Under the pieces are notes generated by a model. It had not been told where the DNA came from. It worked only from the letters and a program-made list of their open reading frames with translations, and made no database searches. Positions 21,171 to 38,173 of a DNA stretch of 64,000 nt are shown in pieces (within the stretch, counting starts at the first letter, position 1; each line of letters opens with the position of its first letter). Source of the DNA: Eledone cirrhosa (Eukaryota); NCBI GenBank assembly GCA_964016885.1, contig OZ024741.1:36270001-36334000 (forward strand), read 5' to 3'. The translations under genes and the position numbers were made by a program.

Positions 21171-22002
21171 GTATATTTATTGATAATAACAACAATTCAA
21201 AATATCAGTTCAAAATTGACCAATGAAAACACAAAGGGTTAAAAGCAGTTCGGTGTGTGTATATACATGTAAAATCCTTACACATATTTTACAAAAATGT
21301 GTGTATAATTTGTATACGCATACTAAGAAGATGGATGCAAACACAAAATTTCAAGGTTAATATCTCTGTAAGCTTAATGCGCTGATAAGATGCGCATTGA
21401 TACTTATGGAGTCAAGCATATAAATATATTTTTTCATACTCACACATATCAGTATAATCACACATACATGCGCGTATATGCATAAATATACACATAACCA
21501 CGAACATACAAACACACACACTCCCCCACTCACATTTATATATGTGGATATAAAATCATAAGCACATAGAAATTAAATCACTCACATAAAACACTGGCAC
21601 ACACATTTCAAGATCAAGATACAGAAATTAGGTGGGAGGGGGGGGAAGGGTCAGTATTCAATTGTCTGAGCAGACTGCCTAATATAAATGTATCTATAAA
21701 TTAAGAAAAATAAAAAAATAAAAAAATAAAACAATAAAATATAATAACTATAATATAATATATATACACATACAGATATATAAACACACATACATACATG
21801 TACGCACACATAGAGATATTTACGCATACACACATACACACATACATATACAGTCATACACACACATACACTTACACGAACAAACACATACACATATAAA
21901 AAGATATATATATACACACACACACACGCGCAACACATACACACATACACATATATATAAAAAAAATAGATAATAAAGATATATATCCATATATACATAT
22001 AT

Positions 22003-22055
<53 letters not shown>

Positions 22056-22150
22056 CATATATATACATATACATACACATACATCTAAATATACATACAC
22101 ATACATACACACATACATGTACATACATGTACATACATATACGCACATCG

Positions 22151-22198
<48 letters not shown>

Positions 22199-22535
22199 TC
22201 ACATAGACATATAGATACATACACACACAACTTACATACACACGCACATATATATATATATATATAGATGTACCTTCATACATAGAATTAGATATATAAT
22301 CATACATACATATGCACCTACTTATACTCATATATATAAATACATACGCTTCCATAAATGTGTATATACATAAAAAACAATACAACATCACCAAACTCAG
22401 ACATACAAATAAAGATAATAATAAAAAATAATAATAAAAAGGCATATGTATATACATACACACACGCATTAATAGAGATATACATATATATACACACATA
22501 CATACACATATATATATACATACACACACATATAT

Positions 22536-22586
<51 letters not shown>

Positions 22587-22592
22587 TAGACT

Positions 22593-22639
<47 letters not shown>

Positions 22640-22741
22640 ATATATATCCACACACACATACCACCATAAAAAAACATACAAACACCCACATGTATATATA
22701 TATATATATATATCCATATACACACACGTACATATATATAC

Positions 22742-22782
<41 letters not shown>

Positions 22783-22935
22783 TAAAAAACAGACATGCAC
22801 ATATATATATATATATATATATTTTATTACTCTTATATATACACATATTATATATACATACACAACCTCACTTATACACATATACACATAAGTTATATTA
22901 TAATAATAAAGAATAATATACATATATATATATAC

Positions 22936-22972
<37 letters not shown>

Positions 22973-23060
22973 CATACATACACATACATACATACACATA
23001 AATATATACATACATAAATACACACATACGAATAAAGACATATATTCACACATAGACACC

Positions 23061-23093
<33 letters not shown>

Positions 23094-23102
23094 CCATATA
23101 TA

Positions 23103-23140
<38 letters not shown>

Positions 23141-24293
23141 CATACACACACACACACACACAGACACACATACACACTCACATATATATATATATATATG
23201 TGTATGTGTGTGTGCGCACATACACATACATACACACACACATACAAACACACACAAACACATACATATGCATACGTGCACACACACACACATATATCAC
23301 ATAGATACGAAGATAAACATATAAATAGAGAGACATATATATATATACACAACACACATACACATACATACATACACGCATATACATATACATACATATA
23401 TACACATATATATATTCATATATATACAAGCATACACATACATACACATATATACACATACATACACATATACATACAACACATTCACATACACACACAT
23501 ATATAATGCATATATATACATATATATACATACATATGTATGTACAATCATATATACACACACAATCTTACATTCATATTTGCATGCTCATATATGTATT
23601 TTTATATTTAGATATAAATACCCAAACCTATATAGACACCTACCTACATATATATTCATACATAGACGCTTACAAATACAGATGATAATAGTATGGGGGA
23701 AAGGGGGGGTTTGGAGAAGGGGATCAAAGTAAATATATGTTTCAAGAAACATATAATATTTTCCGTATCTTAATTCAATGTATGTTCTTACATATTTTCA
23801 GTGCTAGGAAATACGAAATCTATGCATCTCAAAATAAATAAGTATACCATTAATCATATGTTAACTAAACCAAAGATAGTCAACATATTGATTTCTAAGG
23901 TGTAAATTAGTTAGGTTTATAATATTTGAAGCAGAATTTTGAAGTCAAACAGTAGTAGATTATTAATTACAGTATAACTAAATTAAAGTTAATAACGTTA
24001 TGGTATCAATATTAGGAGATGAATTTAGTAATAGGGAAAAGAAACCCAAATAAAAATAAAATAAAGTATTACATCGGTAGTAGCATATAAATTATATGTT
24101 AACTAAATTAAAAATTATATATTTATTTCAATAGTATACGTTAATTAGTATATGTTAATTAGGTATACAATACATAACATAAAGCAGATATTGTATTTCA
24201 TCAATAGCATAATATAATTATATGCAAATAGAAATCAAAATTAATACGCATACATATACATATACATACACATACACATATACATACATATAT

Positions 24294-24328
<35 letters not shown>

Positions 24329-24869
24329 CATATACATATATACACATATATACATACATACAGATACACATACACAACACACACATATACATACACATAT
24401 ACATATACATATCTTTTTCAAAAAATTGCACAGAATATATTAACTAGGTATATATCCAAAACACATCCCATTCTATGATTACATGACATTCTGCAATTCG
24501 TCTGTATAAGGATACTAATTTTAAGCAAATTAAAATTAAAATTTTTAGGTTGATTAAAACTAAAATCAAATAATAAATATATTTCCAAAATGTATATTAA
24601 TTATGTCTATAATACTAAAAATTATTTCTCCGTCATTGGAAACATGATATTATTTTGCTATATTTTATCTGTAAAAGAATTATAATAAAAGGTTTAAATA
24701 AATTAAAATTAATCTATAAATTAAATTACTAAGTATATATTAGTAATATTTAAAGGTTTTTCACAATTTATGATTACATAATATTTTCTCATCTGTAATA
24801 AAATATTAATTAAATTAAATTTATAGGTTAACTAACATTTAAATTAAATTAATTTCTAGAATAATGTTA

Positions 24870-27316
24870 TTAATTAGGTTTATAATATTTAAATGTTTTT
24901 TTTAGTTTATGATTACACGATATAATTAATTCCTGTCGTTTATTTAATAAGATATCCTTAGACTTCATTATTTCAAATAGTTCTTGGGAACATAATCTAC
25001 ATTCCTTTCTATTATTTTGATAAGGGGTGGCTCTTTTGAGCACACTCCAGGTCAAATCATATTTTATATTCTTATTTTTATAACTATTGATTTTTTCTGC
25101 TAGAGATGTTGTATTAGCCAGTGCGGCATTTTTAAAACTATGCTTGTGGGTATTAAACCTTGTCTTAAAATTGTTAGAGGTAGCTCCTATATATGAGCAA
25201 ATAGAATCTTTAGTTTTAACATTACATTTATAGACTATGTTGTTAACAAGACAATTCCCTTTTAATGGGCAGTTTGTTTTGTTTCTACAGTTACATCCTT
25301 TCGTTAATTCTGTATTTGAGGAGATATTATTGTTAATTTGATGTACTGGTGGTATACTTATGGTTTTCTTACATTTATATGCATTATATGCACTTATATT
25401 TTGTTTTATGTTATTTGTTGTAGAGTATGAGAATTTAACTGTAGACCTATTTAAGATTTGATGGTATTTGTGGTTTGGCGGGAAGTTTTTCTCAAGGATA
25501 TAAAAAAATTTTTTAGCAATATTATCCTTAACTTGTAAATTAAAAGGAGCATTATACCAAGTAACTCGTCTATTACGGTTTCTATGTTGTTTATTATTTT
25601 TATTATTTTTATAGGTTGTATCATGATTTTTACTAGGAGGATTAATGTTAATGATCTCACCACAACTATTTTTAGTTATATTTGTAGATTTAGGTGTTTT
25701 ATCTTTTTTATTAGGAGTTTTATTATTAATATTTATTATAGTTGTATGATGAGTAGTTTTTTGAGGGTTACTATACTTTATATTAGAAGATTTAGTATTT
25801 TGGGGTATATTGTGGGTGGCATTTAGGTGTGTACTTTTCATTTGGTGTTTGTTGGTAATATTATGCTGTATGCTTTCAGTATTTTTAGTAGAAGGTATAT
25901 ACTCTAATCTATTTTTGTGGCCACTTCTATTTAGAGCTTCATTATAAAAGGTCGCATTTTTATCAAATACATCTTGGTTAGAAGAAAGGTTAGAAATTCT
26001 AAGTGATATATTATATGCAAGGTTTTTAAGGATAGATTTAGGGTGATTAGATTGTGAGTGTATGTAATGTAAGTTTTGGTTAGGTTTATGGTAAGGTTGG
26101 TATATACCCGTAGCTAAATCTAAAGTTATATCTAGGAAATTTACTACTTTACTTGTTTTTTCAAAAGTAATATTAAGATTATAATAGTCTTTAAGGAAAG
26201 TTCTAATATGTTTTTTGTTTTTTTCGATTTCTGAAAGGCTAAGGTTGTTAGAAAGAAGAAGACAGTCATCACGATATAAACCACCTTTGAGGTGGGGAAA
26301 AGAGGCATTTATGTTGAAAAGGAGAAAGAGGCCCACAAGATCAGTAATTTGGGCGGAATCGCTTGAACCCCATAGTAATATCAAAAAGATTACTGTATGT
26401 GTTTCTGGTCCAGTATTCACTCTGAAATTCAATAAGTGTTAGTCTAGCATGTGTAATAATGTTAATGTCATCCGAAGTTAAATTAGATCTATTTTTAGCA
26501 AATATTAATGCTTTGTTCAGGAGTATAGGTGATATAGAAGAATAGTAATTATCTATATCAAATTGTAGGAAAGAAGCAGAAGATTTACACCTAATATTTT
26601 TAAACCAGTTAATTACCTGGGAGGTGTTTTCCCAGAGTGGTAAAATAACGTGTTTTCTTATTTGTGGGATGACTCTATCTAAAAATTTTTTGCTAATTAT
26701 TCCAATATCTGATTTGGAGGGACATATAAGTCTAATAGAAGGATTAGAGTTAAAGTTAGATTTGTGATCTTTCAGGTTGAAGTGTGGTCTTTTCAATGCC
26801 AAAGGTTCAGTTCTATCTTCAATGTTTAGTTTTTTTTTACTATGTTGTGTGTTTTGTTGTTGATGTTGGTGAGTGACACATTATTAGATTTTTATAATTT
26901 TTTTCTGAGTTCTTTATATATGAAACTCATTATAATGTTCAATATCCATATGATACAAGTTACCAGTTTTGTCCGAGTGGACATGGATTTTTTTAGACTT
27001 TTTTAGGTCCAATAGGGTAGAATCAAGGTCCTTTTGAAAGACGGATTTATACTTTTTAAATTTGAGGTGTTTAATTAAATTAAAAAGGTCTTTCTCGAAG
27101 TCTTCAAGTAAAAAGTTGTGTGGTGGATTCTTGTAAGTATTGAAATCATACATATATTTCCGATCTGCTTGTTTAGATTTCCTATCGAAGTGGTAGGCTC
27201 TCCATCTAAACCCTTCTGATAAAATTATTAGTTTTCTGAATCATAAGGAGTAAGAAGTCGTCCTTAGAAGGTATTGGTATGTTTTTTAAGGAGGTTCCTA
27301 AATATTGTTTTTCCAT
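24870..27316 (-). pseudogene. PLE RT/GIY-YIG ORF of L1 with several +1 homopolymer frameshifts
   Basis: Split into track ORFs 24870..26432, 26341..26802 and 26914..27153. Extra bases fall in A/T runs near 26385, 26835, 26924 and 27209; these may be consensus errors. Confidence 0.8.
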
Positions 27317-27660
27317 TGTGATATGGATGATGGACAATTGAAAGAGCTCAACTAAATGTATATGGGTTTACAAAATCATACATATATATATGTTTATACA
27401 TAAATATAAAATTAATTCACACATACAGTACAAAAATACGAATATTTCCGTGAAAATAGGAGCAAAATTATGTAGATAAATCTACCAAGAGTTTACGGTA
27501 GTGTCCAATCCGTATGAAGAACTCAATGTATTCCGGATATCATGGAAAGAAGAGATGTAATGAAAATCCACTTTCGGTGAAAGATAAACGGTATACAGAG
27601 TCAAGATAAAATATTAAACAAATAATGAATAAAACATTTCCTTATATTAAACAAAAAAAG

Positions 27661-27815
27661 TTCATTATTTAACGATCGTTTCTAGGGTATATATGTGTTA
27701 TAATTGGTATGCATATTCAACAGATCTATGTACAAAATTATACAAAATTATACAAATTATCAAGATTAAATATACATACCTAACACATATATACGCCGTC
27801 TTCAGAAATAATGAA
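27661..27815 (-). ncRNA. Hammerhead ribozyme (subfamily B)
   Basis: Same motif as the other subfamily B copies. Confidence 0.85.
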
Positions 27816-28644
27816 GTATATTTATTGATAATAACAACAATTCAAAATATCAGTTCAAAATTGACCAATGAAAACACAAAGGGTTAAAAGCAGTTCGGTG
27901 TGTGTATATACATGTAAAATCCTTACACATATTTTACAAAAATGTGTGTATAATTTGTATACGCATACTAAGAAGATGGATGCAAACACAAAATTTCAAG
28001 GTTAATATCTCTGTAAGCTTAATGCGCTGATAAGATGCGCATTGATACTTATGGAGTCAAGCATATAAATATATTTTTTCATACTCACACATATCAGTAT
28101 AATCACACATACATGCGCGTATATGCATAAATATACACATAACCACGAACATACAAACACACACACTCCCCCACTCACATTTATATATGTGGATATAAAA
28201 ATCATAAGCACATAGAAATTAAATCACTCACATAAAACACTGGCACACACATTTCAAGATCAAGATACAGAAATTAGGTGGGAGGGGGGGGAAGGGTCAG
28301 TATTCAATTGTCTGAGCAGACTGCCTAATATAAATGTATCTATAAAATTAAGAAAAAATAAAAAAAATAAAACAATAAAATATAATAACTATAATATAAA
28401 TATATATACACATACAGATATATAAACACACATACATACATGTACGCACACATAGAGATATTTACGCATACACACATACACACATACATATACAGTCATA
28501 CACACACATACACTTACACGAACAAACACATACACATATAAAAAGATATATATATACACACACACACACGCGCAACACATACACACATACACATATATAT
28601 AAAAAAAATAGATAATAAAGATATATATCCATATATACATATAT

Positions 28645-28699
<55 letters not shown>

Positions 28700-28794
28700 C
28701 ATATATATACATATACATACACATACATCTAAATATACATACACATACATACACACATACATGTACATACATGTACATACATATACGCACATCG

Positions 28795-28840
<46 letters not shown>

Positions 28841-29179
28841 TCACATAGACATATAGATACATACACACACAACTTACATACACACGCACATATATATATA
28901 TATATATAGATGTACCTTCATACATAGAATTAGATATATAATCATACATACATATGCACCTACTTATACTCATATATATAAATACATACGCTTCCATAAA
29001 TGTGTATATACATAAAAAACAATACAACATCACCAAACTCAGACATACAAATAAAGATAATAATAAAAAATAATAATAAAAAGGCATATGTATATACATA
29101 CACACACGCATTAATATAGAGATATACATATATATACACACATACATACACATATATATATACATACACACACATATAT

Positions 29180-29236
<57 letters not shown>

Positions 29237-29242
29237 TAGACT

Positions 29243-29287
<45 letters not shown>

Positions 29288-29394
29288 TAAACATATATAT
29301 CCACACACACATACCACCATAAAAAAACATACAAACACCCACATGTATATATATATATATATATATCCATATACACACACGTACATATATATAC

Positions 29395-29435
<41 letters not shown>

Positions 29436-29590
29436 TAAAAAACAGACATGCACATATATATATATATATATATATTTTATTACTCTTATATATACACATA
29501 TTATATATACATACACAACCTCACTTATACACATATACACATAAGTTATATTATAATAATAAAGAATAATATACATATATATATATACAC

Positions 29591-29629
<39 letters not shown>

Positions 29630-29717
29630 CATACATACACATACATACATACACATAAATATATACATACATAAATACACACATACGAATAAAGACATAT
29701 ATTCACACATAGACACC

Positions 29718-29750
<33 letters not shown>

Positions 29751-29759
29751 CCATATATA

Positions 29760-29797
<38 letters not shown>

Positions 29798-30952
29798 CAT
29801 ACACACACACACACACACACAGACACACATACACACTCACATATATATATATATATATGTGTATGTGTGTGTGCGCACATACACATACATACACACACAC
29901 ATACAAACACACACAAACACATACATATGCATACGTGCACACACACACACATATATCACATAGATACGAAGATAAACATATAAATAGAGAGACATATATA
30001 TATATACACAACACACATACACATACATACATACACGCATATACATATACATACATATATACACATATATATATTCATATATATACAAGCATACACATAC
30101 ATACACATATATACACATACATACACATATACATACAACACATTCACATACACACACATATATAATGCATATATATACATATATATACATACATATGTAT
30201 GTACAATCATATATACACACACAATCTTACATTCATATTTGCATGCTCATATATGTATTTTTATATTTAGATATAAATACCCAAACCTATATAGACACCT
30301 ACCTACATATATATTCATACATAGACGCTTACAAATACAGATGATAATAGTATGGGGGAAAGGGGGGGTTTGGAGAAGGGGATCAAAGTAAATATATGTT
30401 TCAAGAAACATATAATATTTTCCGTATCTTAATTCAATGTATGTTCTTACATATTTTCAGTGCTAGGAAATACGAAATCTATGCATCTCAAAATAAATAA
30501 GTATACCATTAATCATATGTTAACTAAACCAAAGATAGTCAACATATTGATTTCTAAGGTGTAAATTAGTTAGGTTTATAATATTTGAAGCAGAATTTTG
30601 AAGTCAAACAGTAGTAGATTATTAATTACAGTATAACTAAATTAAAGTTAATAACGTTATGGTATCAATATTAGGAGATGAATTTAGTAATAGGGAAAAG
30701 AAACCCAAATAAAAATAAAATAAAGTATTACATCGGTAGTAGCATATAAATTATATGTTAACTAAATTAAAAATTATATATTTATTTCAATAGTATACGT
30801 TAATTAGTATATGTTAATTAGGTATACAATACATAACATAAAGCAGATATTGTATTTCATCAATAGCATAATATAATTATATGCAAATAGAAATCAAAAT
30901 TAATACGCATACATATACATATACATACACATACACATATACATACATATAT

Positions 30953-30987
<35 letters not shown>

Positions 30988-31528
30988 CATATACATATAT
31001 ACACATATATACATACATACAGATACACATACACAACACACACATATACATACACATATACATATACATATCTTTTTCAAAAAATTGCACAGAATATATT
31101 AACTAGGTATATATCCAAAACACATCCCATTCTATGATTACATGACATTCTGCAATTCGTCTGTATAAGGATACTAATTTTAAGCAAATTAAAATTAAAA
31201 TTTTTAGGTTGATTAAAACTAAAATCAAATAATAAATATATTTCCAAAATGTATATTAATTATGTCTATAATACTAAAAATTATTTCTCCGTCATTGGAA
31301 ACATGATATTATTTTGCTATATTTTATCTGTAAAAGAATTATAATAAAAGGTTTAAATAAATTAAAATTAATCTATAAATTAAATTACTAAGTATATATT
31401 AGTAATATTTAAAGGTTTTTCACAATTTATGATTACATAATATTTTCTCATCTGTAATAAAATATTAATTAAATTAAATTTATAGGTTAACTAACATTTA
31501 AATTAAATTAATTTCTAGAATAATGTTA

Positions 31529-33969
31529 TTAATTAGGTTTATAATATTTAAATGTTTTTTTTAGTTTATGATTACACGATATAATTAATTCCTGTCGTTT
31601 ATTTAATAAGATATCCTTAGACTTCATTATTTCAAATAGTTCTTGGGAACATAATCTACATTCCTTTCTATTATTTTGATAAGGGGTGGCTCTTTTGAGC
31701 ACACTCCAGGTCAAATCATATTTTATATTCTTATTTTTATAACTATTGATTTTTTCTGCTAGAGATGTTGTATTAGCCAGTGCGGCATTTTTAAAACTAT
31801 GCTTGTGGGTATTAACCTTGTCTTAAAATTGTTAGAGGTAGCTCCTATATATGAGCAAATAGAATCTTTAGTTTTAACATTACATTTATAGACTATGTTG
31901 TTAACAAGACAATTCCCTTTTAATGGGCAGTTTGTTTTGTTTCTACAGTTACATCCTTTCGTTAATTCTGTATTTGAGGAGATATTATTGTTAATTTGAT
32001 GTACTGGTGGTATACTTATGGTTTTCTTACATTTATATGCATTATATGCACTTATATTTTGTTTTATGTTATTTGTTGTAGAGTATGAGAATTTAACTGT
32101 AGACCTATTTAAGATTTGATGGTATTTGTGGTTTGGCGGGAAGTTTTTCTCAAGGATATAAAAAAATTTTTTAGCAATATTATCCTTAACTTGTAAATTA
32201 AAAGGAGCATTATACCAAGTAACTCGTCTATTACGGTTTCTATGTTGTTTATTATTTTTATTATTTTTATAGGTTGTATCATGATTTTTACTAGGAGGAT
32301 TAATGTTAATGATCTCACCACAACTATTTTTAGTTATATTTGTAGATTTAGGTGTTTTATCTTTTTTATTAGGAGTTTTATTATTAATATTTATTATAGT
32401 TGTATGATGAGTAGTTTTTTGAGGGTTACTATACTTTATATTAGAAGATTTAGTATTTTGGGGTATATTGTGGGTGGCATTTAGGTGTGTACTTTTCATT
32501 TGGTGTTTGTTGGTAATATTATGCTGTATGCTTTCAGTATTTTTAGTAGAAGGTATATACTCTAATCTATTTTTGTGGCCACTTCTATCTAGAGCTTCAT
32601 TATAAAAGGTCGCATTTTTATCAAATACATCTTGGTTAGAAGAAAGGTTAGAAATTCTAAGTGATATATTATATGCAAGGTTTTTAAGGATAGATTTAGG
32701 GTGATTAGATTGTGAGTGTATGTAATGTAAGTTTTGGTTAGGTTTATGGTAAGGTTGGTATATACCCGTAGCTAAATCTAAAGTTATATCTAGGAAATTT
32801 ACTACTTTACTTGTTTTTTCAAAAGTAATATTAAGATTATAATAGTCTTTAAGGAAAGTTCTAATATGTTTTTTGTTTTTTTCGATTTCTGAAAGGCTAA
32901 GGTTGTTAGAAAGAAGAAGACAGTCATCACGATATAAACCACCTTTGAGGTGGGGAAAAGAGGCATTTATGTTGAAAAGGAGAAAGAGGCCCACAAGATC
33001 AGTAATTTGGGCGGAATCGCTTGAACCCATAGTAATATCAAAAAGATTACTGTATGTGTTTCTGGTCCAGTATTCACTCTGAAATTCAATAAGTGTTAGT
33101 CTAGCATGTGTAATAATGTTAATGTCATCCGAAGTTAAATTAGATCTATTTTTAGCAAATATTAATGCTTTGTTCAGGAGTATAGGTGATATAGAAGAAT
33201 AGTAATTATCTATATCAAATTGTAGGAAAGAAGCAGAAGATTTACACCTAATATTTTTAAACCAGTTAATTACCTGGGAGGTGTTTTCCCAGAGTGGTAA
33301 AATAACGTGTTTTCTTATTTGTGGGATGACTCTATCTAAAATTTTTTTGCTAATTATTCCAATATCTGATTTGGAGGGACATATAAGTCTAATAGAAGGA
33401 TTAGAGTTAAAGTTAGATTTGTGATCTTTCAGGTTGAAGTGTGGTCTTTTCAATGCCAAAGGTTCAGTTCTATCTTCAATGTTTAGTTTTTTTACTATGT
33501 TGTGTGTTTTGTTGTTGATGTTGGTGAGTGACACATTATTAGATTTTTTATAATTTTTTCTGAGTTCTTTATATATGAACTCATTATAATGTTCAATATC
33601 CATATGATACAAGTTACCAGTTTTGTCCGAGTGGACATGGATTTTTTTAGACTTTTTTAGGTCCAATAGGGTAGAATCAAGGTCCTTTTGAAAGACGGAT
33701 TTATACTTTTTAAATTTGAGGTGTTTAATTAAATTAAAAAGGTCTTTCTCGAAGTCTTCAAGTAAAAAGTTGTGTGGTGGATTCTTGTAAGTATTGAAAT
33801 CATACATATATTTCCGATCTGCTTGTTTAGATTTCCTATCGAAGTGGTAGGCTCTCCATCTAACCCTTCTGATAAAATTATTAGTTTTCTGAATCATAAG
33901 GAGTAAGAAGTCGTCCTTAGAAGGTATTGGTATGTTTTTTAAGGAGGTTCCTAAATATTGTTTTTCCAT
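31529..33969 (-). pseudogene. PLE RT/GIY-YIG ORF of L2 with a 1-bp deletion in the endonuclease domain
   Basis: attaaccttg instead of attaaaccttg at ~31814 changes KTRFNTH to KTRLIPT. Confidence 0.85.
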
Positions 33970-34313
33970 TGTGATATGGATGATGGACAATTGAAAGAGC
34001 TCAACTAAATGTATATGGGTTTACAAAATCATACATATATATATGTTTATACATAAATATAAAATTAATACACACATACAGTACAAAAATACGAATATTT
34101 CCGTGAAAATAGGAGCAAAATTATGTAGATAAATCTACCAAGAGTTTACGGTAGTGTCCAATCCGTATGAAGAACTCAATGTATTCCGGATATCATGGAA
34201 AGAAGAGATGTAATGAAAATCCACTTTCGGTGAAAGATAAACGGTATACAGAGTCAAGATAAAATATTAAACAAATAATGAATAAAACATTTCCTTATAT
34301 TAAACAAAAAAAG

Positions 34314-34468
34314 TTCATTATTTAACGATCGTTTCTAGGGTATATATGTGTTATAATTGGTATGCATATTCAACAGATCTATGTACAAAATTATACAAAA
34401 TTATACAAATTATCAAGATTAAATATACATACCTAACACATATATACGCCGTCTTCAGAAATAATGAA
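34314..34468 (-). ncRNA. Hammerhead ribozyme (subfamily B)
   Basis: Same motif as the other subfamily B copies. Confidence 0.85.
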
Positions 34469-35292
34469 GTATATTTATTGATAATAACAACAATTCAAAA
34501 TATCAGTTCAAAATTGACCAATGAAAACACAAAGGGTTAAAAGCAGTTCGGTGTGTGTATATACATGTAAAATCCTTACACATATTTTACAAAAATGTGT
34601 GTATAATTTGTATACGCATACTAAGAAGATGGATGCAAACACAAAATTTCAAGGTTAATATCTCTGTAAGCTTAATGCGCTGATAAGATGCGCATTGATA
34701 CTTATGGAGTCAAGCATATAAATATATTTTTTCATACTCACACATATCAGTATAATCACACATACATGCGCGTATATGCATAAATATACACATAACCACG
34801 AACATACAAACACACACACTCCCCCACTCACATTTATATATGTGGATATAAAATCATAAGCACATAGAAATTAAATCACTCACATAAAACACTGGCACAC
34901 ACATTTCAAGATCAAGATACAGAAATTAGGTGGGAGGGGGGGGAAGGGTCAGTATTCAATTGTCTGAGCAGACTGCCTAATATAAATGTATCTATAAATT
35001 AAGAAAAATAAAAAAATAAAACAATAAAATATAATAACTATAATATAATATATATACACATACAGATATATAAACACACATACATACATGTACGCACACA
35101 TAGAGATATTTACGCATACACACATACACACATACATATACAGTCATACACACACATACACTTACACGAACAAACACATACACATATAAAAAGATATATA
35201 TATACACACACACACACGCGCAACACATACACACATACACATATATATAAAAAAAATAGATAATAAAGATATATATCCATATATACATATAT

Positions 35293-35345
<53 letters not shown>

Positions 35346-35440
35346 CATATATATACATATACATACACATACATCTAAATATACATACACATACATACAC
35401 ACATACATGTACATACATGTACATACATATACGCACATCG

Positions 35441-35492
<52 letters not shown>

Positions 35493-35827
35493 TCACATAG
35501 ACAAAGATACATACACACACAACTTACATACACACGCACATATATATATATATATATAGATGTACCTTCATACATAGAATTAGATATATAATCATACATA
35601 CATATGCACCTACTTATACTCATATATATAAATACATACGCTTCCATAAATGTGTATATACATAAAAAACAATACAACATCACCAAACTCAGACATACAA
35701 ATAAAGATAATAATAAAAAATAATAATAAAAAGGCATATGTATATACATACACACACGCATTAATAGAGATATACATATATATACACACATACATACACA
35801 TATATATATACATACACACACATATAT

Positions 35828-35884
<57 letters not shown>

Positions 35885-35890
35885 TAGACT

Positions 35891-35937
<47 letters not shown>

Positions 35938-36039
35938 ATATATATCCACACACACATACCACCATAAAAAAACATACAAACACCCACATGTATATATATA
36001 TATATATATATCCATATACACACACGTACATATATATAC

Positions 36040-36080
<41 letters not shown>

Positions 36081-36235
36081 TAAAAAACAGACATGCACAT
36101 ATATATATATATATATATATTTTATTACTCTTATATATACACATATTATATATACATACACAACCTCACTTATACACATATACACATAAGTTATATTATA
36201 ATAATAAAGAATAATATACATATATATATATACAC

Positions 36236-36274
<39 letters not shown>

Positions 36275-36362
36275 CATACATACACATACATACATACACA
36301 TAAATATATACATACATAAATACACACATACGAATAAAGACATATATTCACACATAGACACC

Positions 36363-36395
<33 letters not shown>

Positions 36396-36404
36396 CCATA
36401 TATA

Positions 36405-36442
<38 letters not shown>

Positions 36443-37597
36443 CATACACACACACACACACACACAGACACACATACACACTCACATATATATATATATA
36501 TATGTGTATGTGTGTGTGCGCACATACACATACATACACACACACATACAAACACACACAAACACATACATATGCATACGTGCACACACACACACATATA
36601 TCACATAGATACGAAGATAAACATATAAATAGAGAGACATATATATATATACACAACACACATACACATACATACATACACGCATATACATATACATACA
36701 TATATACACATATATATATTCATATATATACAAGCATACACATACATACACATATATACACATACATACACATATACATACAACACATTCACATACACAC
36801 ACATATATAATGCATATATATACATATATATACATACATATGTATGTACAATCATATATACACACACAATCTTACATTCATATTTGCATGCTCATATATG
36901 TATTTTTATATTTAGATATAAATACCCAAACCTATATAGACACCTACCTACATATATATTCATACATAGACGCTTACAAATACAGATGATAATAGTATGG
37001 GGGAAAGGGGGGGTTTGGAGAAGGGGATCAAAGTAAATATATGTTTCAAGAAACATATAATATTTTCCGTATCTTAATTCAATGTATGTTCTTACATATT
37101 TTCAGTGCTAGGAAATACGAAATCTATGCATCTCAAAATAAATAAGTATACCATTAATCATATGTTAACTAAACCAAAGATAGTCAACATATTGATTTCT
37201 AAGGTGTAAATTAGTTAGGTTTATAATATTTGAAGCAGAATTTTGAAGTCAAACAGTAGTAGATTATTAATTACAGTATAACTAAATTAAAGTTAATAAC
37301 GTTATGGTATCAATATTAGGAGATGAATTTAGTAATAGGGAAAAGAAACCCAAATAAAAATAAAATAAAGTATTACATCGGTAGTAGCATATAAATTATA
37401 TGTTAACTAAATTAAAAATTATATATTTATTTCAATAGTATACGTTAATTAGTATATGTTAATTAGGTATACAATACATAACATAAAGCAGATATTGTAT
37501 TTCATCAATAGCATAATATAATTATATGCAAATAGAAATCAAAATTAATACGCATACATATACATATACATACACATACACATATACATACATATAT

Positions 37598-37632
<35 letters not shown>

Positions 37633-38173
37633 CATATACATATATACACATATATACATACATACAGATACACATACACAACACACACATATACATACAC
37701 ATATACATATACATATCTTTTTCAAAAAATTGCACAGAATATATTAACTAGGTATATATCCAAAACACATCCCATTCTATGATTACATGACATTCTGCAA
37801 TTCGTCTGTATAAGGATACTAATTTTAAGCAAATTAAAATTAAAATTTTTAGGTTGATTAAAACTAAAATCAAATAATAAATATATTTCCAAAATGTATA
37901 TTAATTATGTCTATAATACTAAAAATTATTTCTCCGTCATTGGAAACATGATATTATTTTGCTATATTTTATCTGTAAAAGAATTATAATAAAAGGTTTA
38001 AATAAATTAAAATTAATCTATAAATTAAATTACTAAGTATATATTAGTAATATTTAAAGGTTTTTCACAATTTATGATTACATAATATTTTCTCATCTGT
38101 AATAAAATATTAATTAAATTAAATTTATAGGTTAACTAACATTTAAATTAAATTAATTTCTAGAATAATGTTA

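Larger units (their letters stand above)
27472..34124 (-). mobile_element. PLE subfamily B unit L2 (full length)
   Basis: Runs from gtagataaatctacc (27472) to the next copy (34125); tandem with L1 and L3. Confidence 0.95.

Noticed and set aside
26340-27220. Programmed frameshifting in L1
   Set aside because: All are +1 homopolymer expansions clustered in one copy. Similar noise occurs at ~28200-29300 and ~57550-58000, so low-quality consensus is more likely.
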